Assembly (NCBI GenBank): GCA_024711205.1
Contig: JANJTH010000135.1
Span: 1-44,448 of the forward strand
Direction of reading: 5' to 3'
From: Planctomycetota bacterium
GTDB taxonomy: Bacteria > Planctomycetota > J058
DNA length: 44,448 nucleotides
The translations under genes and the position numbers were made by a program. This document shows, piece by piece, positions 1-13,212 of this stretch; position 1 is the first letter of the stretch; every line of letters starts with the position of its first letter. The notes beneath the pieces are model-generated. The model was not told the origin of the DNA, made no database searches, and saw nothing but the letters and a program-made list of their open reading frames with translations.

Positions 1-191
1 TGACCCGTGCCCTGCTGCCCCGTGCCCTGCTGACCCGTGCCCTGCTGACCCGTGCCCTGCTGCCCCGTGCCCTGCTGTCCCGTGCCCTGCTGACCCGTGC
101 CCTGCTGACCCGTGCCCTGCTGACCCGTGCCCTGCTGACCCGTGCCCTGCTGACCCGTGCCCTGCTGACCCGTGCCCTGCTGACCCGTGCC
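1..191 (-). repeat. 15-bp coding tandem repeat, 12 full units plus a partial one, encoding (QQGTG)n
   Basis: Unit tgacccgtgccctgc. The variants tgcccc and tgtccc change only the wobble base of a Gly codon on the minus strand. Confidence 0.95.
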
Positions 192-1214
192 GCCGGTGGC
201 GACCTGGCCGCCGTTCCCGCCGGGGACCGGCTGGAGGCGATCGACGTACCACTTCACGCCGACGGCGCCGCCCACGGCGAGGACGAGGAAGCCGACGCAG
301 CCCAGGGCCACGAGCTTGCCGCTCCCGCCGCCCGCGACGGCCGTGAGCGTGCGCTCGGCCGCGTCGCGCACCGACCGCACGAGCGTCCCGCCGCCCTTGG
401 CCGCCTCGCGCGCGAGCTTCAGCTCGGTCGACAGCGCCTCCATGTCGGGGTAGCGGTCCGCGGGGTCCGCCTCGAGGCACTTCGCGACCACCTCGTCGAG
501 CTTCTTCGGCAGGTTCGGGTTGAGCTGGCTCGGCATCTTGAACCGCCCGAGCGGGAGCTTCCCCGTGAACATCTCGTAGATCATGACCCCGAGCGCGTAG
601 ATGTCCGCCCGGTGATCGACCGCCTTGGCGTCGGTCTTCTGCTCCGGCGCCATGTAGTTCATGGTGCCCATGCCCACGTTGTTCGCCGTGAGCGTGATCA
701 TCTCGAGCTCTTTGTTCGTGACCCGCGCGATCCCGAAGTCCGCGACCTTCGCCAGTCCGGTCGCCTGCTCGTAGAGCACGTTCGCGGGCTTCACGTCGCG
801 GTGCACGACGCCCTTCTTGTGCGCGTAGCCCAGCCCGTCGCAGATCTGCAGCGCGATGTCGAACAGGAGGTCCATGCTCAGCTCGGACTGCTTGAGCAGG
901 TCCTTGAGCGACGGGCCCTCGACGAACTCCATCGCGAAGTAGTAGAGGCCGCGGTCCTCGCCCTTGTCGATGATCTGGACGATGTTCGTATGGTTCAGGG
1001 CGACCATGGCCTCCGCCTCGCGGTGGAAGCGGCTCACCATCTCGCGGTCGCCGGCGAGCTCGATCGGCAGCGTCTTGATCGCCACCCAGCGGTCGAGGGA
1101 CGGCTGGTACCCCTTGTAGACGACGGCCATGCCGCCGCGCCCGAGCTCGTCCTTGATCTGGAACTGCCCGAGCTGCTGATCGACGAGCGAACGCGGCGGC
1201 GGCGGCGGCGCCAT
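1..1214 (-). CDS. Hanks-type membrane Ser/Thr protein kinase, 3'-partial (runs off the window); kinase domain, TM helix, then (QQGTG)n linker
   Basis: Not in the ORF track because there is no stop in the window. Manual translation from ATG at 1214 (GAGGGAG upstream) gives LGRGGMAVVYKG, VAIK, HRDVKPAN, DFGIA, GTMNYMAPEQ, DIYALG, then the hydrophobic LVALGCVGFLVLAVGGAVGV. Confidence 0.93.
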   Translation of the reverse strand, partial: MAPPPPPRSLVDQQLGQFQIKDELGRGGMAVVYKGYQPSLDRWVAIKTLPIELAGDREMVSRFHREAEAMVALNHTNIVQIIDKGEDRGLYYFAMEFVEGPSLKDLLKQSELSMDLLFDIALQICDGLGYAHKKGVVHRDVKPANVLYEQATGLAKVADFGIARVTNKELEMITLTANNVGMGTMNYMAPEQKTDAKAVDHRADIYALGVMIYEMFTGKLPLGRFKMPSQLNPNLPKKLDEVVAKCLEADPADRYPDMEALSTELKLAREAAKGGGTLVRSVRDAAERTLTAVAGGGSGKLVALGCVGFLVLAVGGAVGVKWYVDRLQPVPGGNGGQVATGGTGQQGTGQQGTGQQGTGQQGTGQQGTGQQGTGQQGTGQQGTGQQGTGQQGTGQQGTGQQGTG

Positions 1215-1384
1215 GCTCACTCCCTCTCAAGATCGCGGGGCGGCGCCCGCCAGGGCGTCACCCCGCGATCCTGCAGGACCGAGGCTCGCCGGGACGCGAG
1301 CACGCGCGGCCAGTACTCTCGCCCGGGAATCACCCCCTCGAAGTGACCTTGGCGCGTCCATGCTTCGCGACCCCCCTCGCCCAT

Positions 1385-1429
1385 CTGAGTTCGAGGGGGA
1401 GGCCCTCCGGGCCTCCCCCTCGAACTCAG
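1385..1429. terminator. Perfect 21-bp inverted repeat overlapping the NHL gene stop codon (terminator or REP-like hairpin)
   Basis: ctgagttcgagggggaggccc-tcc-gggcctccccctcgaactcag; no U-tract. Confidence 0.6.
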
Positions 1430-3843
1430 TCGGTCAGCTCGACGATCCGCTGCAGCGCGCGGTCCCACACCCACACCCGCCCGAAGTCGTCGACGCCGAC
1501 GTCCTGCGGGCTCTTCATGCGCTCGTCCGCCGGGAGCGCGCTCGCGACCTGCCCGTCGGGGCCGATGACCACGACCCGCTGCGCCCCGACGTCGACGACG
1601 ACGACGTGGCCGGTCGGGAGCGGCTCCATGTCCGCCACGTCGTCGAAGGCCTCGCCCAGCGGCTCGACCGTCCACTGCGGCCACTGCCCGCGGAGGACCT
1701 GCTCCCGGTCGTCGTCCGACGACCAGAACCACGGCTTGCTCGAGCCCGCCCCGTCGAGGCGCCCCTCGACCCCGGTCACGCAGCCGGCCCGCGGCGTCTG
1801 GTCGTCGACGAGCGCGCCCCACGTGCGGACGCTCGCGCCCGTGCGCGGGTCGACCAGGTTGAAGTTGTGCTCCGCGCGCTGCTGCACCACGACGAGGTAG
1901 GCGCGGTCGTTCGTGGTCGACAGGTCCACGACGTGCCCGAGCTCGTTCTGCCCCTCGCCGGGCTGCCCGACCTCCTCGAGGAAGGCCCCGCCCGGGCTGA
2001 ACTTGACCAGGCGGCGCCGCGAGGCGTCGAGCACGAACACGTCGCCCGACCGCGACGCCGCCACGTCGATCGGCTGGGTCAGCTCGCCGGGCTTGTCCCC
2101 GCGCCGCCCGAACCGGGCCGTGATCCACCCCTGCGGGTCGAAGCGCACGACCTTGTAGCCGCCGCGGTCGAGCGCGACGACGCCGCCGTCGGGCAGGCCC
2201 GCGACCTTGAGCGGGCCCGACAGCTCCTCGCCCCCGGTCCGGCCGAGGAACGTCGTCGACTCGTCGAGGCGGACGACCGAGTCGCCCTCACGATCGATCA
2301 CCCACAGCACGCGCGTCGGGTCCATGCGGAGCCGCACGGGCCGCGAGAGCGCCTCGAGCGAGCCCGGCTCGCCCGCGAAGCGCCCCAGGAGCTGCCCCGC
2401 CGCCGAGAACCGCTTGACCGCGCCGGCCGCGCGCTCGAGCACGTAGACGTCGCTCGTGTAGGGGTCCACCGCGATCCCCACGAGCTCCTCCTCGGGGCCG
2501 CCCGCGGAGAACTCGGCCTGGGCGCGCCAGCCGCGGTAGACGACCACGCTCTTGCGCCCGTCGTCGAGGACGTAGACGGCGCCGTCGGGCCCGACGGCCA
2601 GCGCGCGCGGTCGGTCGAGCTCGAGCTCCTTCGTGCCCGGGCGCCCGAAGCTGACCAGGAACGCGCCTTGCGGCCCGAACACCTGCACGGCGCGCTGCCC
2701 CGCGTCGAGCACGTAGACCTCGCCCTCCGCGGAGAGCGCCAGGTCGACGGGCTCGACGAACCGCGCGTTGCCGGCCCCGCCCTTCGGCTCGCCGAAGACG
2801 GTCGGCGCCCGCTTGACGACCTGCGCCCACTCGCCGCCGAACCCGAACCGCAGCACGGTCCGGGACCGGCCGTCGAGCGCGTAGAGCGCGCCGGGCGCGG
2901 ACGGGGTCGGGTTCGAGACGGCCACCGCCAGGAAGTCGTAGTCCTCGAGCGGGACGCGCGCCTGCCAGCCCGGCGCGAGCTCGGGGGCCTCGACGGCGAG
3001 CGTCGGGTCCCCGCTCGAGAACACCCCGCCCCGGCCCAGGTCGAGCACGAACCGCCGGCTCGGCCGCGTCCGCAGCCAGTCGAAGGCGACGTCACGCGTC
3101 CGCGCGTAGCGCGGGGCCGCCCCGAACGCGCGGGTCGTCGTCCGCAGCGGCCCGAGCGGGCGCGCGCCCGCGAGCCCCGCGCCCTCGACGTTGAAGGCCG
3201 CGCGCGTCACGTTCCCCGACGTGTCCCGGGCCTCGACCGACACGCGGTAGGTGCCGGCCTCGGGCGGGGCGAGCCACCCGTTCTGGGGCAGGAGCGTGCG
3301 CGCGTGCTCGAGCGCGCCGCCCGTCACCGACCACGTGTAGACCACCCCGTCGTCGGGCTCGTTGCTGACCTCGAGCCGCAGCTCGACCCGGGCGCGCCAC
3401 GGCGCGGCGGCCGGCTGCGGCGTGCGCAGGAACTCGACCGGGCGGTTGGGCGCGACGGCGACCGGGTTGAGGAGCGCCCGCAGCCCGCGCTCGAGCACCT
3501 CGGGCTTGGCGTCGCCGTCGCCGCCCAGGTCCGGCTTGCGGATCACCGAGGCCCGCGCGGTCGACGGCTCGGCGTCGAACACGAGCACCTGCCCGACCCG
3601 CCGCTGCGAGCGCACGAGCGGCACCTCGCCCCGCGTGAGCGGCAGGACGTAGACGCGCGCGTCCCGGTACACGTCGAAGACCTGCCCCGCGCGGACCCCG
3701 TGGTCCCGGCCGCGGTTCAGCTTGACCGTCTCCCCCTCGACCTCGAGGAGCAGGGCCTCGACCGGCGCCTGCGCCAGGGCCGCGGGGGCCAGCGCGAGCG
3801 CGGCGCACGTGGCCGCGAGGGCGGTCGACCTAACGCTTCGCAC
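1426..3843 (-). CDS. Secreted NHL-repeat/beta-propeller protein with N-terminal FlgT_C-like barrel and PKD/Ig-like domain
   Basis: Signal peptide ending ALAPAALA|Q. VKLNRGRDHGVRAGQVFDVYR is FlgT_C-like, YTWSVTGG...GTYRVSVEARD is Ig/PKD-like, and repeated F/LxxPxDLAVxxxGxVYVLD units are NHL repeats. Confidence 0.85.
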   Translation of the reverse strand: MRSVRSTALAATCAALALAPAALAQAPVEALLLEVEGETVKLNRGRDHGVRAGQVFDVYRDARVYVLPLTRGEVPLVRSQRRVGQVLVFDAEPSTARASVIRKPDLGGDGDAKPEVLERGLRALLNPVAVAPNRPVEFLRTPQPAAAPWRARVELRLEVSNEPDDGVVYTWSVTGGALEHARTLLPQNGWLAPPEAGTYRVSVEARDTSGNVTRAAFNVEGAGLAGARPLGPLRTTTRAFGAAPRYARTRDVAFDWLRTRPSRRFVLDLGRGGVFSSGDPTLAVEAPELAPGWQARVPLEDYDFLAVAVSNPTPSAPGALYALDGRSRTVLRFGFGGEWAQVVKRAPTVFGEPKGGAGNARFVEPVDLALSAEGEVYVLDAGQRAVQVFGPQGAFLVSFGRPGTKELELDRPRALAVGPDGAVYVLDDGRKSVVVYRGWRAQAEFSAGGPEEELVGIAVDPYTSDVYVLERAAGAVKRFSAAGQLLGRFAGEPGSLEALSRPVRLRMDPTRVLWVIDREGDSVVRLDESTTFLGRTGGEELSGPLKVAGLPDGGVVALDRGGYKVVRFDPQGWITARFGRRGDKPGELTQPIDVAASRSGDVFVLDASRRRLVKFSPGGAFLEEVGQPGEGQNELGHVVDLSTTNDRAYLVVVQQRAEHNFNLVDPRTGASVRTWGALVDDQTPRAGCVTGVEGRLDGAGSSKPWFWSSDDDREQVLRGQWPQWTVEPLGEAFDDVADMEPLPTGHVVVVDVGAQRVVVIGPDGQVASALPADERMKSPQDVGVDDFGRVWVWDRALQRIVELTD

Positions 3844-6800
3844 GAACGTCTCCCTCGACGCGGAGCTCGACGAACAGCCAGCCGCCGACCGAGGTCCGGC
3901 GCAGGCTGAGGCGGTGGCGGGCCACGAGCTCCGTCGGTGGCTCCCCGAGCATCTCGATCCGGAACCTCCAGGTCGCCGTGACCTGCGCGAAGTCCCCGTT
4001 GATCTCCGTGTGCAGCTCTTCGTGCTTGCTCTCGACGACCCGCGCGCCCAGCTCGGCCAGGTCGACGAGCGCGCGCCGCTCGAGCGCGTAGGCCGGCGAC
4101 GCGGGGTCGAGCCGCCGCAGGAGGTCGTCGGGCGGCCCGCCGGCCGTGAGCGCGGCGTCGAGGTCGCGGACGGCGAGCTCGACGGCCGCCTTGGCGAGCT
4201 CGGTCTCGGCCCGCGCGCGCACGCGCTGCGCCTTCTCCTCGTCGGGGCGGTCCTTGAGGATCTGGTTCGCCTTGACCCGCGCCTCCGCCCACGAGCCCTC
4301 GGCCGCCAGGCGCTCGAGCGCCGCGAGCTCCACGCCGAGCGCCTGCTGCGCCGTCAGGCGCCCCTCGAGCGCCTCGAGCCGCCGCTCGACCTCGCGGTCG
4401 CCCTTGCCGAACCGGTCGCGGTAGGCGCGCAGGCGGCCGATCGCCGCGGCGAGCTCGGCCTCGCCGCGCGGCTCCACGAGCGCCTGCGCCCGCAGCCCGC
4501 GCGCCTCCTCGACCCGCTCCTGGAGCGCCGTCATGCGCGGGTGCTCCGGGTCGGCCCGCTCGAGCTCCGCGAGCCGCTGCCCCGCCTCGTCGAGCGCGCC
4601 GCCCTGGATCGCCTGCTCCACGGAGGCCACGATCGTGTCGCCGCGCGCGATCGCCGTCGTGCACTGGGCGAGCAGCGCCTTCCAGGCGTCCGTCTGCTGC
4701 GCCTCGCCGAGCGACGAGAGCACCTGCTGCGCGGAGCGCCAGCGCCGCTCCGCGACGTGCTGGCGGGCGACCTCGAACCGCTCCCCGAGCCGCGCGGCCG
4801 ACTGCTCGACCTCGCGAACGCGGGCCTTCGCGCGCTCGAGCAGCTCGGCCACCGTCGGGTCCTCGGGCGCCGGGCGGAACCCGGCGTCGACGCGGGCGGC
4901 CGCCTCGAGCTCGCGGGTCGCCTCGGCCAGGTCGTCCTGCTCGAGCCGGCTCTTGCCCTGCCGGTAGGCCTGCACGAGCTCGGCGCTCGGCTGCCACGCG
5001 TGCGACACGCGGAGCGCGTCCCCGCCCTGCGCGTCGACGAGCACCCCGCGCCCGTCCTCCGCCCGCGCGAGGCGGACCGGGAGCGAGATCGGCTCGTAGC
5101 CCGGGCGCGTGAGCTCGAGCCGGTAGTCGCCCACCGGGTAGAGGCCCTCGGCGCCGGGCTCGAGCTGGTGGCGGACCCGGAGCGTGCTCACGAGCGTGGC
5201 CGTCGTGCGCGGCGGGAGCGGGCTGGGCGCGGGCAGGACGAACGGCACCTCGACGGCGGGGTCGCGCGGCGACGGCCGCTCGACCACGCCCGGGCCAGGC
5301 CCGCCCTGCGTCCCGGCGCCCGTGGTCGTGGGCGCGATCCCGAGCGCCGCGAGCCACTCCGGCCGATACTTCGCCGCCCAGGCCCCGCCGAGGGCCAGGG
5401 CGACGAGCCCCAGCACCAGGAGGAGCGGCGCCGCGCTCCGCTTCTGCGGCGGCGGGGCGCGCCGCCGCTCGGCGGGGGCGCGCCGGGCGGCGCCGGCGTC
5501 CTCGTCGGTCTCGGGCGACGGGCCGGGCTCGGCCCCGCCGTCGCGCGCGATCCCCTCGGTCACCGCGTGGCGCACGTCGGGCGCCGCCGGCGGCTGCGCG
5601 CCGCTCCGGCGGACCGCGCCGCCCGAGAGGAACCCGCCCGACTTGCCGACCCGCGCCTGGTCGAGGTAGCCCGACCCGGGCCGCCGCTCGCCGCCCTGCA
5701 CGTAGTGGTCGTAGTGCTCGAGGAACTCGGAGACGTCCGCGATCAGCTCCTGGGCCGACTTGTAGCGGTCGTCGGGGTCCTTCTGGAGCAGCTTGAGCGT
5801 GACCTCGACGAGGAACGGCGGGATGTCCGCGTTCAGGTCGAGCGGCGGCGGGGGCGGCTCGTAGACGTGCTTGAAGATCAGGCCCGCCGGCGTGTCGGCC
5901 CGGAACGGGAGCTGCCCGGTCAGGAGCTCGTAGAGGACCACGCCGAGCGAGTAGAGGTCCGAGCGCCCGTCGAGCGGGTCGCCGCGCCCCTGCTCGGGCG
6001 ACAGGTAGTTCGGCGTGCCCATGATCAGGCCCGCGCTCGTGAGGCTCTTGTTCCCGCCGGTCGTCGCCTTGGCGAGCCCGAAGTCCATGACCTTCACGAC
6101 GCCCTGGCGGTCGATCATGATGTTCGACGGCTTGATGTCGCGGTGGATCAGCCCCTTCTGGTGCGCGGCGGCGAGCGCGCTCCCGACGCCCAGGAGGATC
6201 CCGCCGATCTCGTCCCAGCCGAGCCCGCGCGAGCGGCGCATGCGCTCCTGCAGGTCCTCGCCCTCGACGTACTCCATGGCGAAGTAGGGCGTGCCCTCGG
6301 CCACGCCGAACGAGTAGATCTGGAGCACGTTGGGGTGGACGAGCGACGCGGCGGCCTTCGCCTCGCGCTGGAACCGCTCGATGAAGTTCTCCTGGTTGGC
6401 GAGGCTCCGCGGGAGGACCTTGACCGCGACCGGGCGGTCGAGCGAGACCTGGCGCGCGAGCCACACCTCGCCCATGCCGCCCTGGCCGACCTTGCGCTCG
6501 AGCTCGAAGTCGCCGAGCAGCTTGCGCGGGCCGGTCGTCCCGGGCTCGACGAGGGTGGCCTCCTCGAACGTCGTCGTCTCCTCGCCCGACGCGTCCTTGC
6601 CGACCCAGCGCTGGCCCGTGGCCTTGGGCTTGTCGACCCACTCGGCCGTCACGACCTCGGCCTCGACCCACCCGGTCTGGCCCGAGGCGTCGTCCTGGAC
6701 CCAGCTCGGGCTCATGGGGCCCGAGCCGAGCGCGCCCGCCGACGCGCCGCCGATCGTCTCCTCGGCTCCGTTCGCGCCAGCGTTCGGGCCGGACTTCGGG

Positions 6801-6892
6801 CCGAGCATGGGGAGCTGCCCGTGGGGCGGGGTGGCGCTCCGGATCCGGGCGCCCTCCTCGTCCTCGCCGGGCTTGCGTCGCTTCCCGTTCAT
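3830..6892 (-). CDS. Membrane Ser/Thr protein kinase with extracytoplasmic PEGA-like, helical/TPR-like and NTF2-like regions
   Basis: VGQGGMGEVW, VAVK, HRDIKPSN, DFGLA, GTPNYLSPEQ; TM LLLVLGLVALALGGAWAA; GDYRLELTRPGYEP (PEGA-like). Overlaps the NHL gene start by 14 bp. Confidence 0.92.
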   Translation of the reverse strand: MNGKRRKPGEDEEGARIRSATPPHGQLPMLGPKSGPNAGANGAEETIGGASAGALGSGPMSPSWVQDDASGQTGWVEAEVVTAEWVDKPKATGQRWVGKDASGEETTTFEEATLVEPGTTGPRKLLGDFELERKVGQGGMGEVWLARQVSLDRPVAVKVLPRSLANQENFIERFQREAKAAASLVHPNVLQIYSFGVAEGTPYFAMEYVEGEDLQERMRRSRGLGWDEIGGILLGVGSALAAAHQKGLIHRDIKPSNIMIDRQGVVKVMDFGLAKATTGGNKSLTSAGLIMGTPNYLSPEQGRGDPLDGRSDLYSLGVVLYELLTGQLPFRADTPAGLIFKHVYEPPPPPLDLNADIPPFLVEVTLKLLQKDPDDRYKSAQELIADVSEFLEHYDHYVQGGERRPGSGYLDQARVGKSGGFLSGGAVRRSGAQPPAAPDVRHAVTEGIARDGGAEPGPSPETDEDAGAARRAPAERRRAPPPQKRSAAPLLLVLGLVALALGGAWAAKYRPEWLAALGIAPTTTGAGTQGGPGPGVVERPSPRDPAVEVPFVLPAPSPLPPRTTATLVSTLRVRHQLEPGAEGLYPVGDYRLELTRPGYEPISLPVRLARAEDGRGVLVDAQGGDALRVSHAWQPSAELVQAYRQGKSRLEQDDLAEATRELEAAARVDAGFRPAPEDPTVAELLERAKARVREVEQSAARLGERFEVARQHVAERRWRSAQQVLSSLGEAQQTDAWKALLAQCTTAIARGDTIVASVEQAIQGGALDEAGQRLAELERADPEHPRMTALQERVEEARGLRAQALVEPRGEAELAAAIGRLRAYRDRFGKGDREVERRLEALEGRLTAQQALGVELAALERLAAEGSWAEARVKANQILKDRPDEEKAQRVRARAETELAKAAVELAVRDLDAALTAGGPPDDLLRRLDPASPAYALERRALVDLAELGARVVESKHEELHTEINGDFAQVTATWRFRIEMLGEPPTELVARHRLSLRRTSVGGWLFVELRVEGDVRAKR

Positions 6893-7042
6893 CCCACTCC
6901 CGTCCCGGCAAGGTCCCCGCAGGGCCCTTGAGTTTACGCCACGCCGGGGCGCCGAGGTAGGGCGTCCGCCGGGGGGCGCGTCGGCCGGCGGGGTGCGCCC
7001 TGCCTGGCCTGGGCCGCGAAGGGCGCGCCCGCGCGCCGCCGC

Positions 7043-8035
7043 TCAGCGCCAGGACTGGAGCAGGTGCGCGTAGTTGGCCCGCTCGTAGGCCCTGGGGTCG
7101 GGGCAGCGGGTCAGGTCCATGCTGCCCTGGAGCTGGCGGAGGCTCTCGTACTCGCGCTCCTCGAGCCAGGCCGCGAGCCCGCGCACGGCCTCGCGCAGGC
7201 GCTCGGGGCCGTGGCGCAGGAGCGCCGAGACCATCTGCACGGCGTGCGCGCCCGTCATGACGGCCTTCACCGCGTCGAGCGGCCCGTGGACGCCGCCCGA
7301 GCAGCCGAGCGACAGCCCCGGGAGCCGCCCGGAGAGGATCGCGAGCCAGCGCAGGCGCAGGTTCAGCTCGGAGGGGTCGGAGAGGCGCAGCGCCCGTCCG
7401 ACCTCGAGCGCGTCCGGGTCCACCTCGGGCTGGTAGAAGCGGTTGAAGAGCACCACGCCCGCGGCGCCGCCCGCCTGGAGCCGGCGCACGAAGTGGGGCA
7501 GCGCCGAGTAGAAGGGCGAGAGCTTGACGGCGATCGGCAGGCGCGTCGCCGCCCGCACGGCCGCGAGCACGTCGAGCGTGCGCCGCTCGACGGCCTCGCC
7601 CGGCTCGTCGAGGTCGGTCGCCAGGAAGTAGGTGTTCAGCTCGAGCGCGTCGGCGCCTGCCTCCTCGATCCAGCGCGCGTGGTCGACCCAGCCCCCCGGC
7701 GTGACCCCGTTGAGCGACGCGATCACGGGGACCGCCACGGCCTCCTTCGTGCGGCGCACGAGCTCGAGGTAGCCGTCGGGCCCCATGGGGAAGGAGAGCG
7801 GGTGCGGCATGTAGCTGAGCGCCTCGGGGAAGGCGTCGGCCGTGCGCTCCCAGCGCGCGAGCGCGCCCAGCTCCTCGGCCACGACCTGCTCCTCGAACAG
7901 CGAGTGGAGCACGATCGCCGCGGCGCCCGCGTCCTCGAGCCGCCGGGTCTGGTCGAGGTCGTCGACGAGCGGCGAGGCGCCGGGCATGAGCGGGTGCGCG
8001 AGCTCGAGCCCGAGGTAGGTCGTCCGCAGGTCCAT
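7043..8035 (-). CDS. Dihydroorotate dehydrogenase-like flavoprotein (DHOD-like, nifJ-associated)
   Basis: True start is ATG 8035 (MDLRTTYLGLELAHPL; GGAGG upstream). Motifs PVIASLNG, ALELN, PIAVKLSP, LFNRFYQP, SGGVH, GAHAVQM. Confidence 0.88.
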   Translation of the reverse strand: MDLRTTYLGLELAHPLMPGASPLVDDLDQTRRLEDAGAAAIVLHSLFEEQVVAEELGALARWERTADAFPEALSYMPHPLSFPMGPDGYLELVRRTKEAVAVPVIASLNGVTPGGWVDHARWIEEAGADALELNTYFLATDLDEPGEAVERRTLDVLAAVRAATRLPIAVKLSPFYSALPHFVRRLQAGGAAGVVLFNRFYQPEVDPDALEVGRALRLSDPSELNLRLRWLAILSGRLPGLSLGCSGGVHGPLDAVKAVMTGAHAVQMVSALLRHGPERLREAVRGLAAWLEEREYESLRQLQGSMDLTRCPDPRAYERANYAHLLQSWR

Positions 8036-8037
8036 GG

Positions 8038-11727
<3,690 letters not shown>

Positions 11728-11818
11728 GGGGCCTCCGGCGGAGGGGAGAGCGAGGGGCGTGCCGAACGGGGGCAGGGCGGAAGGCGAGGGAGGGCGTCAC
11801 GGGGGCGTGACGGAGGGC

Positions 11819-11906
11819 GGGGGGAGGGAGGGAGGAGAAGAGGGGGGAGGGAAGAAGGGAAGAGAAGAGGGAGGGCAAGGGCAAGGGCAAGGGCAAGGGA
11901 AGAAGG
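11819..11906 (+). repeat. Polypurine tract with (GGGCAA)4, copy 1
   Basis: G/A-only run followed by gggcaa x4 at 11873-11896; a related copy lies at 40818-40920. Confidence 0.85.
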
Positions 11907-11933
11907 GCGAGGGGCCAGGGGCGGGGAGTGGGC

Positions 11934-13163
11934 TCAGACCTTCTTGAGCAGCGCCAGCACGATCTCCAGCACGATCAGGAGCACGATCGCCGTCTCGAGC
12001 AGCGTGTTGCGCCGCGCCTCGAGCTGCGCGCGCAGCGCCTCGTAGACGCGCGCGATCAGGCCGTGCTTGCGGGTCACGGCCTGCTGCCAGTCGGCGACGC
12101 GCAGGCGCTCGAGCGCGCCCCGGTAGACGCGCGCGAGCCAGGCGTCACCCACGACCTCGACGGACGCCTCGACGCGCTCGGCCATTTCGGTCAGGCCGAG
12201 CCAGCGCCGGTGCACGCGGCGCGTGAGCCGCGCGTAGGGGCTCCAGAGGAGCAGGCGCACGGGGGAGCGGGCGGCGCGCTCGACCTCGTCGTAGATCCGG
12301 GTCAGCTCCGCGTCGAGGACGCGGTCGTAGAAGCGCATGGCCTGCCGCTGCACGCACGCGAGCTCGAGCACCTGCGCGACGTCGTGGCCGCCGCCCGCGG
12401 GGTCGAGCACGAGCGCCGCGTCCCAGCCGATCGCCACCAGGTCGTCGTCGAGGTAGGCGTGGACGTGGCGGCGGAGCTCCGCGCGCTCGCTCGCTGCGAG
12501 CGGGCGCGCGCAGCGCTCGCCCGCGAGCAGCCACGCGAGGTCCTCGCTCGCGAGGACCTCGACGCCGGGGGGATGGCCCGCGAACGCGTCGACGAGCACG
12601 AGCGCGTAGCCCTCCACGTCGTCGGGCGCCCCCGGCGCGCCCCCGGCGTCGGCGTGGCGGGAGACCGCGTCGCCCAGGCGCGCGAGCAGCGCCCGCGTCT
12701 CGTCGCGGGCGAGCCGCTCGAGCGCCGGCGCGCGCGAGAGGCGGGCCGCGAGGGCGGCGACCTCGGCGAGCGGCGTCCCCGGGGCCAGCGGCACGTCGAA
12801 CCGGAGGGCCAGGTTGCCGTGGTCGAACACGCGGGCGGACGCAGTGACCGTCAGCGGCGCGACCGCGCCGTCACCGCCGCCCCCGGGGCCGGCCTCGAGC
12901 GCCACCGTCCGAGCGCCGAGGGCGACGTCGAGCGGCGGGTGCTTGAACACGAACACGCCGGGCGGACGCTGAGGCCCCGGGCCGCGGGCGGCCTCGCCCG
13001 CGAGGCCGCCCGTGCAGGCGGCGTGGGCGCGGTCGAGGTCGACCTCCTCGCCCACGTCGACGAGCCGCAGGCAGCGCAGCCGGCCGCGCTCGACGAGGAG
13101 CGGGCCGGCGGCCTCACCTGGCGCCGCGCCCGCGCCCGACGCCGCGCCGGAGGCCGCGTCCAC
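11934..13163 (-). CDS. Conserved hypothetical protein, RMD1/DUF155-like, with one C-terminal TM helix
   Basis: DVGEEVDL, RVFDHG, FYDRVLD, LARVYR and the terminal RRNTLLETAIVLLIVLEIV typical of RMD1/YagE-like proteins. Confidence 0.6.
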   Translation of the reverse strand: MDAASGAASGAGAAPGEAAGPLLVERGRLRCLRLVDVGEEVDLDRAHAACTGGLAGEAARGPGPQRPPGVFVFKHPPLDVALGARTVALEAGPGGGGDGAVAPLTVTASARVFDHGNLALRFDVPLAPGTPLAEVAALAARLSRAPALERLARDETRALLARLGDAVSRHADAGGAPGAPDDVEGYALVLVDAFAGHPPGVEVLASEDLAWLLAGERCARPLAASERAELRRHVHAYLDDDLVAIGWDAALVLDPAGGGHDVAQVLELACVQRQAMRFYDRVLDAELTRIYDEVERAARSPVRLLLWSPYARLTRRVHRRWLGLTEMAERVEASVEVVGDAWLARVYRGALERLRVADWQQAVTRKHGLIARVYEALRAQLEARRNTLLETAIVLLIVLEIVLALLKKV

Positions 13164-13212
13164 TAGGGCCCCGGCCGGACGCCATGCGCGACGCGGGACG
13201 CCGCGCGGCGGG

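Noticed and set aside
1-191. CRISPR-like array
   Set aside because: The 15-bp units are contiguous with no spacers and are in-frame coding; no cas genes are present.
11873-11899. (GGGCAA)n as canonical KOPS
   Set aside because: KOPS is GGGNAGGG; the repeat gives GGGCAAGGG, one base longer.
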